Source: Octopus vulgaris (lineage: Eukaryota). Taken from it: a stretch of 64,000 nt of DNA. The stretch spans positions 161,014,001 to 161,078,000 of the forward strand of contig OX597817.1 of assembly GCA_951406725.2 (NCBI GenBank), in the 5' to 3' direction. Position numbers and translations under genes: made by a program. Of this stretch, positions 52,309 to 64,000 are shown piece by piece. Under the pieces are notes generated by a model that saw only the letters and a program-made list of their open reading frames with translations, did no database searches and was not told where the DNA came from. The stretch's first letter is position 1. Every line of letters begins with the position of its first letter.

Positions 52309-52753
52309 TCCCCAGATGTTGCTGATCAAAGATTTCAACCATTTGATGTGTATGAAATGACTCAGAATGTTTGCAGAAATGTAGGGCAATCGAACTGTAG
52401 GAGCTTAGAATCTTAGAATTAAGGGAGTTTAAATCTGTATGAACTGTTAAATCCCACTGAACAGATTCAGGTCAAACTGAGGCATAACAACAGGTAACCA
52501 TAACCACCACTACTTTTTACGACCACTACCACTACTGCCTAAACAGAGGTAACCACAGTGTTTTTATGTGTTGTCTGATAGATCTAGGTCAGCAGAAGAT
52601 TAAGCTTAGGGATTAAAGGAAAGGAGAGGAAGTAAGAAAACAGGGTTCCAATAGAAATTAGCTTTTGATTTTGAATTGTACAAGGGACTGCAATTTTGTC
52701 ATGGTACACATTTCAGGAGTTTTATATATATATATATTTATGTGTGTGTGTAT

Positions 52754-52790
<37 letters not shown>

Positions 52791-53551
52791 AATAGATAAA
52801 TAGATAGATAGATAGGTAATTGCCTAACTATATATATCTTAGTGTGTGTATAAATATATATATCAATGTTTGTTTTTATGTCAAGTAAAACAATAAACTG
52901 AAAAATTACTCAGTACTTATTTTATTTTTGTAGAGTACATACTTATTAGACTCTTACTAGAAGAGGAGTGACGGTGACTTTGAAGTTTTGGCCTGCTTTC
53001 CTTCATTGTACTGTATTATGTTTGAGTTCTTCTTGGAAATTCATCATCATCATCATCATCACCATCGTTTAACGTCCACTTTCCATGCTAGCATGGATTG
53101 GACGATTTCACTGAGGACTGGCGAACCAGATGGCTGCACCAAGCTCTAATCTTGATCTGGCAGAGTCTCTACAGCTGGATGCCCTTCCTAACGCCAACCA
53201 CACCAAGAGTGTAGTGGGTGCTTTTACGTGCCACCAGCATGAGGGCCAGTCAGGCGGTAACTAGCAAGGGTCATGGAAAATCGAGTTTTTTTTGTTATAT
53301 GTGTCACCTGCACACCGGCATATATCATCATCATCATCGTTTAACGTCCGCTTTCCATGCTAGCATGGGTTGGACGGTTCAACTGGGGTCTGGGAAGCCC
53401 GAAGGCTGCACCAGGCCAGTCAGATCTGACAGTGTTTCTACAGCTGGATGCCCTTCCTAACGCCAACCACTCCGAGAGTGTAGTGGGTGATTTTATGTGC
53501 CAATATATATATGTCCAACCCATGCTATGCATGGGAGATGGGCGTTAAACG

Positions 53552-53583
<32 letters not shown>

Positions 53584-53976
53584 GACATATATGGTTCATT
53601 CAAAATTGTACAAAAAAACAAAGAAGCAGAAGACAAAATCCGGTGAGGGAACAACAAACATGGTGTATTAGTTTGACACTCAGGAAAAAAATGGAAGATT
53701 ATTTGATGCTTTCAGCCTATGTTCTTTTACAGAAAGGAATGTGGAAAGAAAACAGTGGAGAGGTAAAAAAAAAAAAATGGAGAGAGAAAAAAACATGCCT
53801 GGATCAACAGTTCAACATATTGAATATATATTCATATTTGCCTAGGCTTACAAAGAATAAGTCCTGGGGTCGATGAGCACTATACACAATAATTTCATTA
53901 TTATTATAACTAAAGGCGATGCTCCAGCATGGCTGCAGTCAAATGACTGAAACAATTAAAAGAATTAAAGAATATA

Positions 53977-55050
53977 TACTGGGTGTGGTGAATAAACTGT
54001 CTTCTAAATTATGCAAAAATGAAAATAACACTGACATTTCAATTTAACAGATGTTTACGAAAATTACATAAAAATATCTTGAAATATTAAAGAGTAAATT
54101 TATTCAATAAAATCGCCATTGGCTTCAGCCATGACCTTCAGATGACTTTGTAATCTCCTGCAACTCTTCTGGGTGATCTCCTTGTTTAAATTGGTGAATA
54201 CTGCTATAATATACTGCTATAATAGGCGTGGGAGTGGCTGTGTGGTAAGTAGCTTGCTAACCAACCACATGGTTCCGGGTTCAGTCCCACTGCTTGGCAT
54301 CTTGGGCAAGTGTCTTCTGCTATAGCTGCAGTCAAATGACTGAAACAATTAAAAGAATTAAAGAATATATACTGGGTGTGGTGAATAAACTGTCTTCTAA
54401 ATTATGCAAAAATGAAAATAACACTGACATTTCAATTTAACAGATGTTTACGAAAATTACATAAAAATGACTGAAACAAGTAAAAGAGTAAAAGAGTAAA
54501 AGAGTAATCCTTACCTTCAGTTCATCTTTGGTGTTACAAGGAGTTTTGTTGGTCTCTCACTCAACTGGGTCCCACACATAATAATTAAAGGAGTTGCAGT
54601 CTGGGGAGTTAGGTGGTCAGATGTTAGGGGTGATGTGGTCGCAGAAATTGTCTGAAAGCCATGACTGGGTTCTCCTGCTTGTGTGGCATGGTGCAGAGTC
54701 TTGTTGCCACCCTCTTGACCCAGGGCAGCACTACCACCTCCAGGTACTTCACGTAGGCCTCTATGTTGAGTCTGAGGCCGTGTGGGAAGATGAATGGAGG
54801 CATAATGTCACTATCACTAGTGATCACTCCAAACACCATGATGTTGACTGGATCTTTGATTTTTATCACTTTTGGTACATGTCCTCAGACTGACACCCAA
54901 ACACTCTGAAAAGTTTATATTGGAGCTTCTGGCACAAATGCTAAGCTGTACAGCATGTCGTTTCCAAACTTCCGGTAGAGTGAATAGCGTCATGGTGCTG
55001 TTTTTCTCATAGACTGTGCCCAACTGACCCTACTATACTGTGTAGTTGAC
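53977..55050 (-). mobile_element. Degraded Tc1/mariner-superfamily transposase relic (maT-like)
   Basis: IMVFGVITSDSDIMPPFIFPHGLRLNIEAYVKYLEVVVLPWVK and PPNSPD-type motif; local ~140-bp duplication 53933-54070 / 54325-54467. Confidence 0.7.
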
Positions 55051-55527
55051 AAAATCAAAAACAAACAATGTACATGCACGAAATTAAAAATATAATATGG
55101 CAACAATGGCACCCTCTCTTCCTCTCTTTCGCTCTTTTACTTGTTTCAGTCATTTGACTGCGGCCATGCTGGAGCACCGCCTTTAGTCGACCAAATCGAC
55201 CCCAGAGCTTATTCTGTGTACGCCTAGTACTTATTCTATCAGTCTCTTTTGCCAAACTGCTAAGTTACGGGGACGTAAACACACCAGCATCGGTTGTCTA
55301 GCGATGTTGGGGGGACAAACACAGACATACAAACATATACACACATACACATATATATATATATACATATACAACGGGCTTCTTTCAGTTTCCATCTACC
55401 AAATCCACTCACAAGGATTTGGTTGGCCCGAGGCTATAGTAGAAGACACTTGCCCAAGGTGCCACGCAGTGGGACTGAACCCGGAACCATGTGGTTGGTA
55501 AGCAAGCTACTTACCACACAGCCATAG

Positions 55528-56735
55528 ATGTTGGTTGGTTTGTTGGCTGGCTGGTTGGCTGGTTGGCTGGTTGGCTGGTTGGTTGGTTGGTTGGTTGGTT
55601 GGTTGGTTGGTTGGTAGGTTGGCTGGCTGGTTGGCTGGTTGGTTGGTTGGCTGGCTGGTTGGTTGGTTAGCTGGCTGGTCGGTTAGCTGGCTGGTTGGTT
55701 GGTTGGTTGGCTGGCTGGTTGGTTGGCTGGCTGGCTGGTTGGCTAGCTGACTTGCTGGCTGGTTGGTTGGCTGGTTGGTTGGCTGGTTGGCTGGTTGGTT
55801 GGTTGGTTGGTTGGTTGGTTGGTTGGTTGGCTGGCTGGTTGGTTGGTCGGTTGGCTGGTTGGTTGGCTGGCTGGTTGGTCGGTTGGTTGGCTGGTTGGTT
55901 GGTTGGTTGGTTGGCTGGTTGGTCGGTTGGTGGTTGGCTGGTTGGTTGGTTGGTTGGCTAGCTGGCTGGCTGGCTGGTTAGTTGCTGGCTGGTTGTCTGG
56001 TTGTCTGGTTGGTTGGTTGGCTGGTTGGTTGGTTGGCTGGCTGGCTGGTTAGTTGCTGGTTGGTTGGCTGGTTGTCTGGTTGGCTGGTTGTCTGGTTGGC
56101 TGGCTGGTTGGTTGGTTGGTTGGCTGGTTGGTTGGCTGGTTGGTTGGTTGGTTGGTTGGCTGGTTAGCTGGCTGGTTGGTTGGTTGGTTGGTTGGTTGGT
56201 TGGTTGGTTGGTTGGTTGGTTGGTTGGCTGGCTGGTTGGTTGGTTGGTTGGTTGGCTGGTTGGTTGGCTGGCTGGTTGATCGGTTGGTTGGCTGGCTGGC
56301 TGGCTGGCTGGTTGGTTGGTTGGTTGGTTGCTGGTTGGTTGGTTGGTTGGCTGGTTGTCTGGTTGGTTGGTTGGCTGGTTGGTTGGTTGGTTGGTTGGTT
56401 GGCTGGTTGGTTGGCTGGCTAGTTGGTCGGTTGGTTGGCTGGCTGGCTGGATGGCTGGTTGGTTGGTTGGTTGGTTGGTTGGTTGGTTGGTTGGTTGGCT
56501 GGCTGGTTGATTGGTCGGTTGGCTGGTTGGTTGGCTGGCTGGTTGGTCAGTTGGTTGGCTGGCTGGCTGGTTAGTTGCTGGTTGGTTGGCTGGTTGGTTG
56601 GCTGGTTGGCTGGTTGTCTGGTTGGCTGGCTGGCTGGTTGGTTGGCTGGTTGGTTGGTTGGCTGGTTGGCTGGTTGGTTGGTTGGTTGGTCGGTTGGCTG
56701 GTTGGTCGGTTGGCTGGTTGGTTGGTTTGTTGGTT
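55528..56735 (+). repeat. (GGTT/GGCT)n microsatellite, ~1.2 kb
   Basis: Direct reading. Confidence 0.97.
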
Positions 56736-57029
56736 GTTTTCTCCAGTCACACTTTACATCATATAGAAACAAGTGGGGAGAGAATAAAAGAGAGACACAA
56801 AGAGAGACTTAACATAAGAAGTGCAAGATAAACAGCAGGATCATTACGGAACCGGACGAAATAAATGCCTTGCAAGATTTGTTCCAGCTTTTTCCAGTTT
56901 TGAGTTCAAATTGTACTGAGGTCAACCTTGCCTTTAATTAGTCTGGAATTCAGTAGAATAAAGTAACCAAACTGAGTACAGAGGTTGATGGTGTTGGCTA
57001 ACCTCCACCCTTTGTGCCTAAAACAGAAA

Positions 57030-57945
57030 CTACTACTACTACTACTACAACCACAACCACTCTTCCAAAACTATCACCACCTCCTCCACTGCCACCTACA
57101 CCACCATCACCGCTGCCACCTACATCAGAACCACCGCCACCACAACCACCAACACAACCACCAACACCAACACCACCACCACTACAACATCTACCACTAT
57201 CGACACCACCACAATCATCATCCCCACCACCACCACCACATCCCACCACCATAACCACAACCACCAACACCACCACCACCACAACCTCTACCACTACTGT
57301 CACCACCACAATCATCACCACCACCACCACCACCACATCCCACCACCACCACAACCTCTACCACTATCGACACTACCACCACCACATCCCATCACCGTCA
57401 CCACCATAACCACAACCACCAACACAACCAACACCACCACCACTACAACTTCTACCACTATCGACACCACCACAATCATCATCCCCACCACCACCACCAC
57501 ATCCCACCACCATTACCACAACCACCAACACCACCACCACCACAACCTCTACCACTACTGTTACCACCACAATCATCATCCCCACCACCACCACCACATC
57601 CCACCACCACTACCACATCCCACCACCACCACAACCTCTACCACTATCGACACCAGCACCAGCACCACATCCCACCACCGTCACCACCATAACCACAACC
57701 ACCAACACAACCACCACCACCACCACCACTACAACTTCTACCACTATCGACACCACCACAATCATCATCCCCACCACCACCACCACATCCCACCACCACT
57801 ACCACATCCCACCACCACCACAACCTCTACCACTATCGACACCAGCACCAGCACCACATCCCACCACCGTCACCACCATAACCGCAATCACCAGCACCAC
57901 CACCACTGCTACTACCACCACCACTACCATCACTGCTACCAGTAT
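57030..57945 (+). repeat. (ACC)n-rich low-complexity repeat with internal longer duplications
   Basis: Direct reading; recurrent CTACCACTATCGACACCACC blocks. Confidence 0.93.
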
Positions 57946-58180
57946 CAGCTGTCACAGCAACAGCAGTAGTGTAACCCCAGAGCCAGCTGCAGTTTAGGGA
58001 ATTAGTTTAATAACCACCAGGCAGCAAAAAGCTAATAACTAATCCATCCCTAATGGTGACACTTTTGTGTTTATTAAGGGTCACTGTCAGCTATAGACCA
58101 TATGTTGTTTACTGTAAGGTTGGTTATTAAGTACATCTATATTCCTTCCTCCTTTTTTACTCTCTCTCATTCTTCTCCTC

Positions 58181-58231
<51 letters not shown>

Positions 58232-58480
58232 CCCACCACCCTGCCCTGTCCCTAGCCATATTCAGATGGCTTTAGTCCCTTATGTTATCGAGCAGTTACT
58301 GTCTATATCCCTTTTAGAGAATTATTATATATATATATATATGTATATATATTATATTAAATTAGAGATAAAACCACTATTAGGTAAGTCATACAATGAA
58401 AAACTTAAGCAAATACATAAGATTAATTAATTTATATTATTTAAATATATATCAAAATTATTAAAAAAGATAATTAATAT

Positions 58481-58549
58481 AACACTATGATCGTTTCATG
58501 GCTGTTCAATTCTTAAAATTTTTGAGTTACAGTCATTCTTCAGGTGGTT
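58481..58549 (-). ncRNA. Type I hammerhead ribozyme motif, slightly decayed
   Basis: - strand: AACCAC-CTGAAGA-ATGACTGT...ACAGCCAT-GAAA-C-GATC-A-TA-GTGTT. Confidence 0.65.
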
Positions 58550-58578
58550 TAAATATTTAACTTGGCGAGGTTTAATCA

Positions 58579-58642
<64 letters not shown>

Positions 58643-58669
58643 TTATACAAATTTATAAATTTCGGAGAA

Positions 58670-58700
<31 letters not shown>

Positions 58701-58904
58701 TTATAAATTAGGGTATCTACGAGATACCACCATGCTGGAAATAGCAGCCATGATCTGACTCTAAAACCACCTTAATTAGATACCCTAATTTATAATTTTA
58801 ATAATTATTACCTTTAAAGGTTATTTTTTACATGCTGGCCACTTGATAAAATCGTTATTTTATTTTAAATTAATGATCTTATCCTTATTTACATATATAT
58901 ATAT

Positions 58905-59063
58905 GCCTGTCTGTCTATCTATCTATCTATCTATCTTCTATCTGTCCTGTCTGTCTGTCTGTCTGTCTATCTATCTGTCCTGTCTGTCTATCTATCTATC
59001 TATCTATCTATCTTCTATCTGTCCTGTCTGTCTGTCTGTCTGTCTGTCTATTTATCTGTCCTG

Positions 59064-59123
<60 letters not shown>
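58905..59123 (+). repeat. (TCTA)n/(TCTG)n microsatellite
   Basis: Direct reading. Confidence 0.95.
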
Positions 59124-59448
59124 GCAACCTGTCTCTCTTACTCTCTCTCAGTCTCTTCTGATGTCTCTGTCTAACTCCATCTGCATATCTCTCTCCACAC
59201 TCTCTCTCTCTCTCTCTCTCTCATGCCCCACATTCTCTCTTTCTCTCTCTGTCTCCAGATGTCTGTTTATTTTTCTCTACATCTCCCCCCCCCCCTCTCT
59301 CTCCAAGAATCCTAAACAAAAAGTTACCCTTCAATGAATAGAAAGGGGTGTGTCACTTTAACATGAATGTATACAAACTGCATATTATCATCATCATCAT
59401 CATCATCATCACCATCATCATCATCGTCGCCATTGTCATTGACATTGT

Positions 59449-59489
<41 letters not shown>

Positions 59490-61527
59490 TTGCTTATGAG
59501 TTACCAAAGACTGGGTCTTTGTATTCACTTGTACCATATTTCTGTTAATATCATCTGTTGATTTTCTTCCAGAACCTTCCTATGTCTTGTTTATCAGGGA
59601 GAAGGGAGCAAGGGGTATGGAGGTGGGATGGGGTGCAAAAAGAGTTTGTTTGCTTGGAGTTTTCTTTTCTTTTCTTTTTTTTTGATGTCAGAATATAATA
59701 ACACTGAAAGTGAGAGAAATCAACTGCCTCGGCCTACCAACAGACAATGTGTGTTGTAAGTAAACAGAGCAGAGAGAAATACAAATGATATAATGCCCCC
59801 TTCTGCTTGAAGTCAATGTCAAAGAGATGGAATGAATCTGGGAAGGTGGAGGGTACAGATGGGAATCAGGGCGTCGTTTATGATGGGAAAAATGGAAAGA
59901 AATTTCAGTGAAACCTTAGCTCAGTATTCATTGTAAAGTGGCATGGACCATTGAAGAATATTCTTGAGAAAAAAAAACGAAGCTTGAGCAGTATTTAAAA
60001 CTATAAATATGAAATCATCTTCACAGTATGAAGAGGGGCTAAAAAGTTCCTGGCTTTAAGGGTATTGGGAAAGGCCTGGTTGGAAGCCCAACTTTCTGAG
60101 CTCTTTTACAGGGCTTAGAAAACTGAAAGACTGCTGCAATAAGTGTGTAAATCTGAGAAAGGAATATGATAAATAAAATCATAATTAACTGATTCTCTTG
60201 TATTTTCTTTTACCCAAAGCCAAGAACTTTTCGGCACCCCCTTGTAAGAGAGTCAGAAATCACTTTTCAAATGCAAAAACTGGTCTTGAATTTTGAACCT
60301 TTTGTATTTAAACTGGTCATATCCAGTTGAAAACTGGGGTCGATTTAATTAACTTATCCCCTTTCCCTAAATTTCTGGCCTTGTGCCAAAATTTGAAACC
60401 ACTGGTAGGGGTGATAGTGGTGCCAATAAGAATTTTTAAAATAATGAAGAATTTAATAAAATAACTTGGTCATTATTAAGCCCGGGTGTTTGGAACCGAT
60501 AATAAAATGAAATTATGATGGTAAGTTTTAATTTAGATTGCTTTAAATCATGAAATTTGTACCACAGAATCAGCATCAGTCTTGGGCAAGTTCACACCTA
60601 AAAAGTTAATGACATAAATGAATGATTTCATTTACAAGGGAGTGCTGGAAAGATCTTGGCTTTAAGGGTATCACAATAGGCCTGGTTGGAGGGTCAACCT
60701 TCCGAGTTCTTTTACAGGGCTTAGAAAAACTGAGGGACTGCTGCAATAATTGTGTGAATCTGAGAGGGGAATATGTTGAATAAAATCATAATTAACTGAT
60801 CCTCCTGTATTTTCTTTTACCCAAGCCAGGAACTTTTCAGTACCCTGTCGTAGAATAAAATTTGGGTTTTTTTTGTTTTAGATGTTAGAGAATCATGAAT
60901 TTTACTCAAAGAAAAGCATCCATCATTCATAACATTTTGTAGCTTTCGTCTTTTTATTTATTTCATTCATTGGCCTGCAGCCATGCTGGAGCACCTGCTG
61001 GAAGTGTCTTAGTTGAACAAATCAACCCCAGTCCTTATTTAAAAAAAAAACAGGAGTGGCTGTGTGGTAAGTAGCTTGCTTACCAACCACATGGTTCCAG
61101 GTTCAGTTCCACTGCATGGCACCTTGGGCAAGTGTCTTCTACTATAGCCTCGGGCTGACCAAAGCCCTGTGAGTGGATTTGGTTGACGGAAACTGAAAGA
61201 AGCTCGTCGTATATATGCATATATATATATATATATATATCACCATGATCACCGTGACCGGCCAGGCTATCAGATGTTGTTACACATCGCTGGTCACAAT
61301 GCGTTCGCATTGTTTTAGCCTTTGAATGACGCCACCCCGCTGGCTAAGCAAGCAGGCCAACAGAAGGAAGAGTGGGAGAAAGAGTGGTGAAAGAGTACAG
61401 CAGGGATCACCACCCCCTGCCGGAGTCTCGTGGAGCAATTAGGTGTTTTCGCTCAATAAACACTCACAACGCCCGGTCTGGGAATCGAAACCGCGAGTCC
61501 GCTGCCCTAACCACTGGGCCATTGCGC

Positions 61528-61590
<63 letters not shown>

Positions 61591-61972
61591 TGTATGTATG
61601 TGTGTGTAAGTGTTTGTCCCCCTCAACATCACTTGACAACAGATGCTGGTATGTTTAAGTCCCTATAACTTAGTGGTTCAGCACAAAGAGGCCGAGAGAA
61701 TAAGTACTAGGCTTACAAAGAATAAGTCCTGGGGTCGATTTGCTTGACTAAATGCAGTGCTCCAGCATGGCCACACTCAGATGACTGAAACAAGTAAAAG
61801 AGTAAAAATAGTAAAGAGTACTTATTCTATCAGTCTCTTTTGCCAAACTGCCAAGTTATAAGAATATAAACAAACCAAAACTACTTGTCAAGCAGTGATG
61901 GGGGACAAACACAGAAACACATACATACATACATACATATAAATACACAGACAGACAGACAGACAGACAGAC

Positions 61973-62003
<31 letters not shown>

Positions 62004-62218
62004 CAGATAGATAGAAATGACAGGCTTCCACACAGTTTCTGTTGATCAAATTCACTCGCCAAGCATTGGTCAGCCTGGGGTTATTTTAGAAGATACTTGT
62101 TGAAAGTAGAACTGAACCTGAAACCACATGGTCACAAAGTGAGCTTCTTAACCACACAGCCATGCCTTCAAAAAGTTTGTCACAATCATGCCCAGTTTTA
62201 TAACATTGATTCTGACTA

Positions 62219-62856
62219 GTGACCAGGACCTCTGGAAATATGCTGTGCTGCAGAAGACTCGGCAAGCGCAAGTGTGACCATAACCTTGTGGCCTATGCCA
62301 GGGGTGTAACCAGTCCACTTATGCGTGCCTTTTCTTCATTGGACGCTAAACTCTGCTTGCGAAGACCAATTGGGGCAAGTGAAATCGAGATCGAAGTCGA
62401 AATAAAACTTGTGACTGGCATCCGTTGCTAGTGGATCGCTAAGAGTACCATATGAGTGAGATCGTTGCCAGAGCAACAAGCTGGCCTTCGTGCCGATGGC
62501 ACGTTAAACACACCATTCGAGTGTGATCGTTACCGTGTCACCTTACTAGCACTTGTGCTGGTGGCACGTGAAACATTCAAGCGAGGTCGTCGCCAGTGCC
62601 ACTGGACTGGCTCCTGTGCAGGTGGCACATAAAAAGCACCATTTGAGCATGGCCATTGCCAGTACCACCAAACTGGCCCTCGTGCCGGTGGCACGTAAAA
62701 GCACCCACTACAGTCTCGGAGTGGTTGGCATTAGGAAGGGCATCCAGCTGTAGAAACTCTGCCAGATCAGATTGGAGTCTGGTTCGCCAGACCTCAGTCA
62801 AATCGTCCAACCCATGCTAGCATGGAAAGCGGATGTTAAATGATGATGATGATGAT
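62219..62856 (+). mobile_element. RTE LINE 3' fragment
   Basis: Begins with DLWKYAVLQKTRQ (same as RTE ORF end), then 3' UTR repeats and (GAT)n tail. Confidence 0.85.
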
Positions 62857-63602
62857 CCGTACAAATTTGAACTTTATGAAGATATCTTGCATTGTAAGAT
62901 GTTTCTGGAAAAGTCTCCCAAACACCCAGATTTCTAAGTTTATTATTCAGTATGAAGATAACTTCTTTTTTTTTTTTTCTTTTTCCAAATTTGAGATTAG
63001 TTTTCCAGATAATAATCACTATTGCTATTTTAATTTCTAGCTGTGAGTGATCTTTCAGCAAGTTGAAATTGATTTTATCATATTTAAAAATCTCAATAAA
63101 CCAAAAGACTGTTGGCTTCATTTTACCCTCACTCATAAAGCATTGAAAATTTTGATGTTATCAATGCCTTTGTATCGTGTAAAATGAGAGAAAAATATAA
63201 CAGTTTTAGAATGGAATTCAAAATTACTCAAAGATAACAAAGAAAAAAACAAACACAGCATTTCTGTAAAAGTTCCATATAATTAGCCTGATTTCATTTC
63301 AAGAATTATTTATAATATTTCTTCTTAGTTTTTACTTGTAAATGGATTAATTATTGTCTTATCTGATATCTTTATCTTGTGTTGTGCTAGTTTCAAACAC
63401 TTGACTGAAGCCTTGCTGGGCACAGCCCCAAAGGGTTTTAGTCACACAAATCAACCCAAGTACTTCTTTCTTTATTACTTTTTTTTCCTATTGGACTCTT
63501 TTGTTGAACTGCTAGGTTGCAGGAATGTTAACAAATAAACACCAGTTGTCAAGCATTGTGGAGGGCAGACTCAAAACCATACACACATACATATATACAT
63601 AC

Positions 63603-63642
<40 letters not shown>

Positions 63643-64000
63643 GCAGGAGTGGCTGTGTGGTAAGTAGCTTGCTTATGAACCACATGGATCTGGGTTCAGA
63701 CACCTTGGGCAAGTGTCTTCTACTATAGCCTTGGGGCGACCAAAGCCTTGTGAGTGGATTTGGTAGACGGAAACTGAAAGAAGCCTGTCGTATATATGTA
63801 TATATATATATGTGTGTGTGCATTTGAGTGTTTGTGCTTGTCCCCCCAACATTGCTTAACAACTGATGGTGGTGTGTTTACGTCGCCGTAACTTAGCGGT
63901 TCGGCAAAAGAGACTGATAGAATAAGTACTAGGCTTACAAAGAATAAGTCCTGGGGTTGATTTGCTCAACTAAAGGCGGTGCTCCAGCATGGCCACAGTC

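Noticed and set aside
55535-56831. WLVG/WLAG-repeat ORFs
   Set aside because: Translations of a (GGTT/GGCT)n microsatellite.
56985-57597. Pro/Thr/His-rich extensin- or mucin-like ORFs
   Set aside because: Low-complexity (ACC)n repeat open in several frames, with no splice or domain support.
46280-64000. A second host gene downstream of PRPF6
   Set aside because: No recognisable exon found; small exons or ncRNAs cannot be excluded without transcript data.

Overview
Repeat-dense, AT-rich animal genomic DNA, most likely a cephalopod (Octopus); the organism is inferred from the repeat families, not proven. The only host gene is PRPF6 (U5 snRNP/tri-snRNP splicing factor Prp6) on the + strand. 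I traced 22 coding exons by hand (1877-44789): all introns are GT-AG, phases are consistent, and they splice to 852 aa plus stop; the first ~80 aa lie upstream of the window. Introns and the 3' flank are filled with mobile DNA: a 5'-truncated RTE-clade LINE with an open RT ORF containing a PHD finger; about 20 RTE 3'-tail fragments; three SINE families; Tc1, mariner, piggyBac, Tc2-like, Merlin/hAT-like and Helitron relics; and CR1 and RLE-LINE fragments, plus mini- and microsatellites. The most notable unannotated signals are RNA structures: (i) type I hammerhead-ribozyme motifs typical of Penelope-like elements, including a back-to-back pair forming a 191-bp-arm hairpin in a PRPF6 intron; (ii) a tandemly repeated, putative compact H-type pseudoknot in the RTE 3' UTR, whose 27-bp core appears to have expanded into a 2.1-kb minisatellite. 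Most ORFs in the supplied track are repeat artefacts. Repeat boundaries are approximate unless TIRs or TSDs are quoted.
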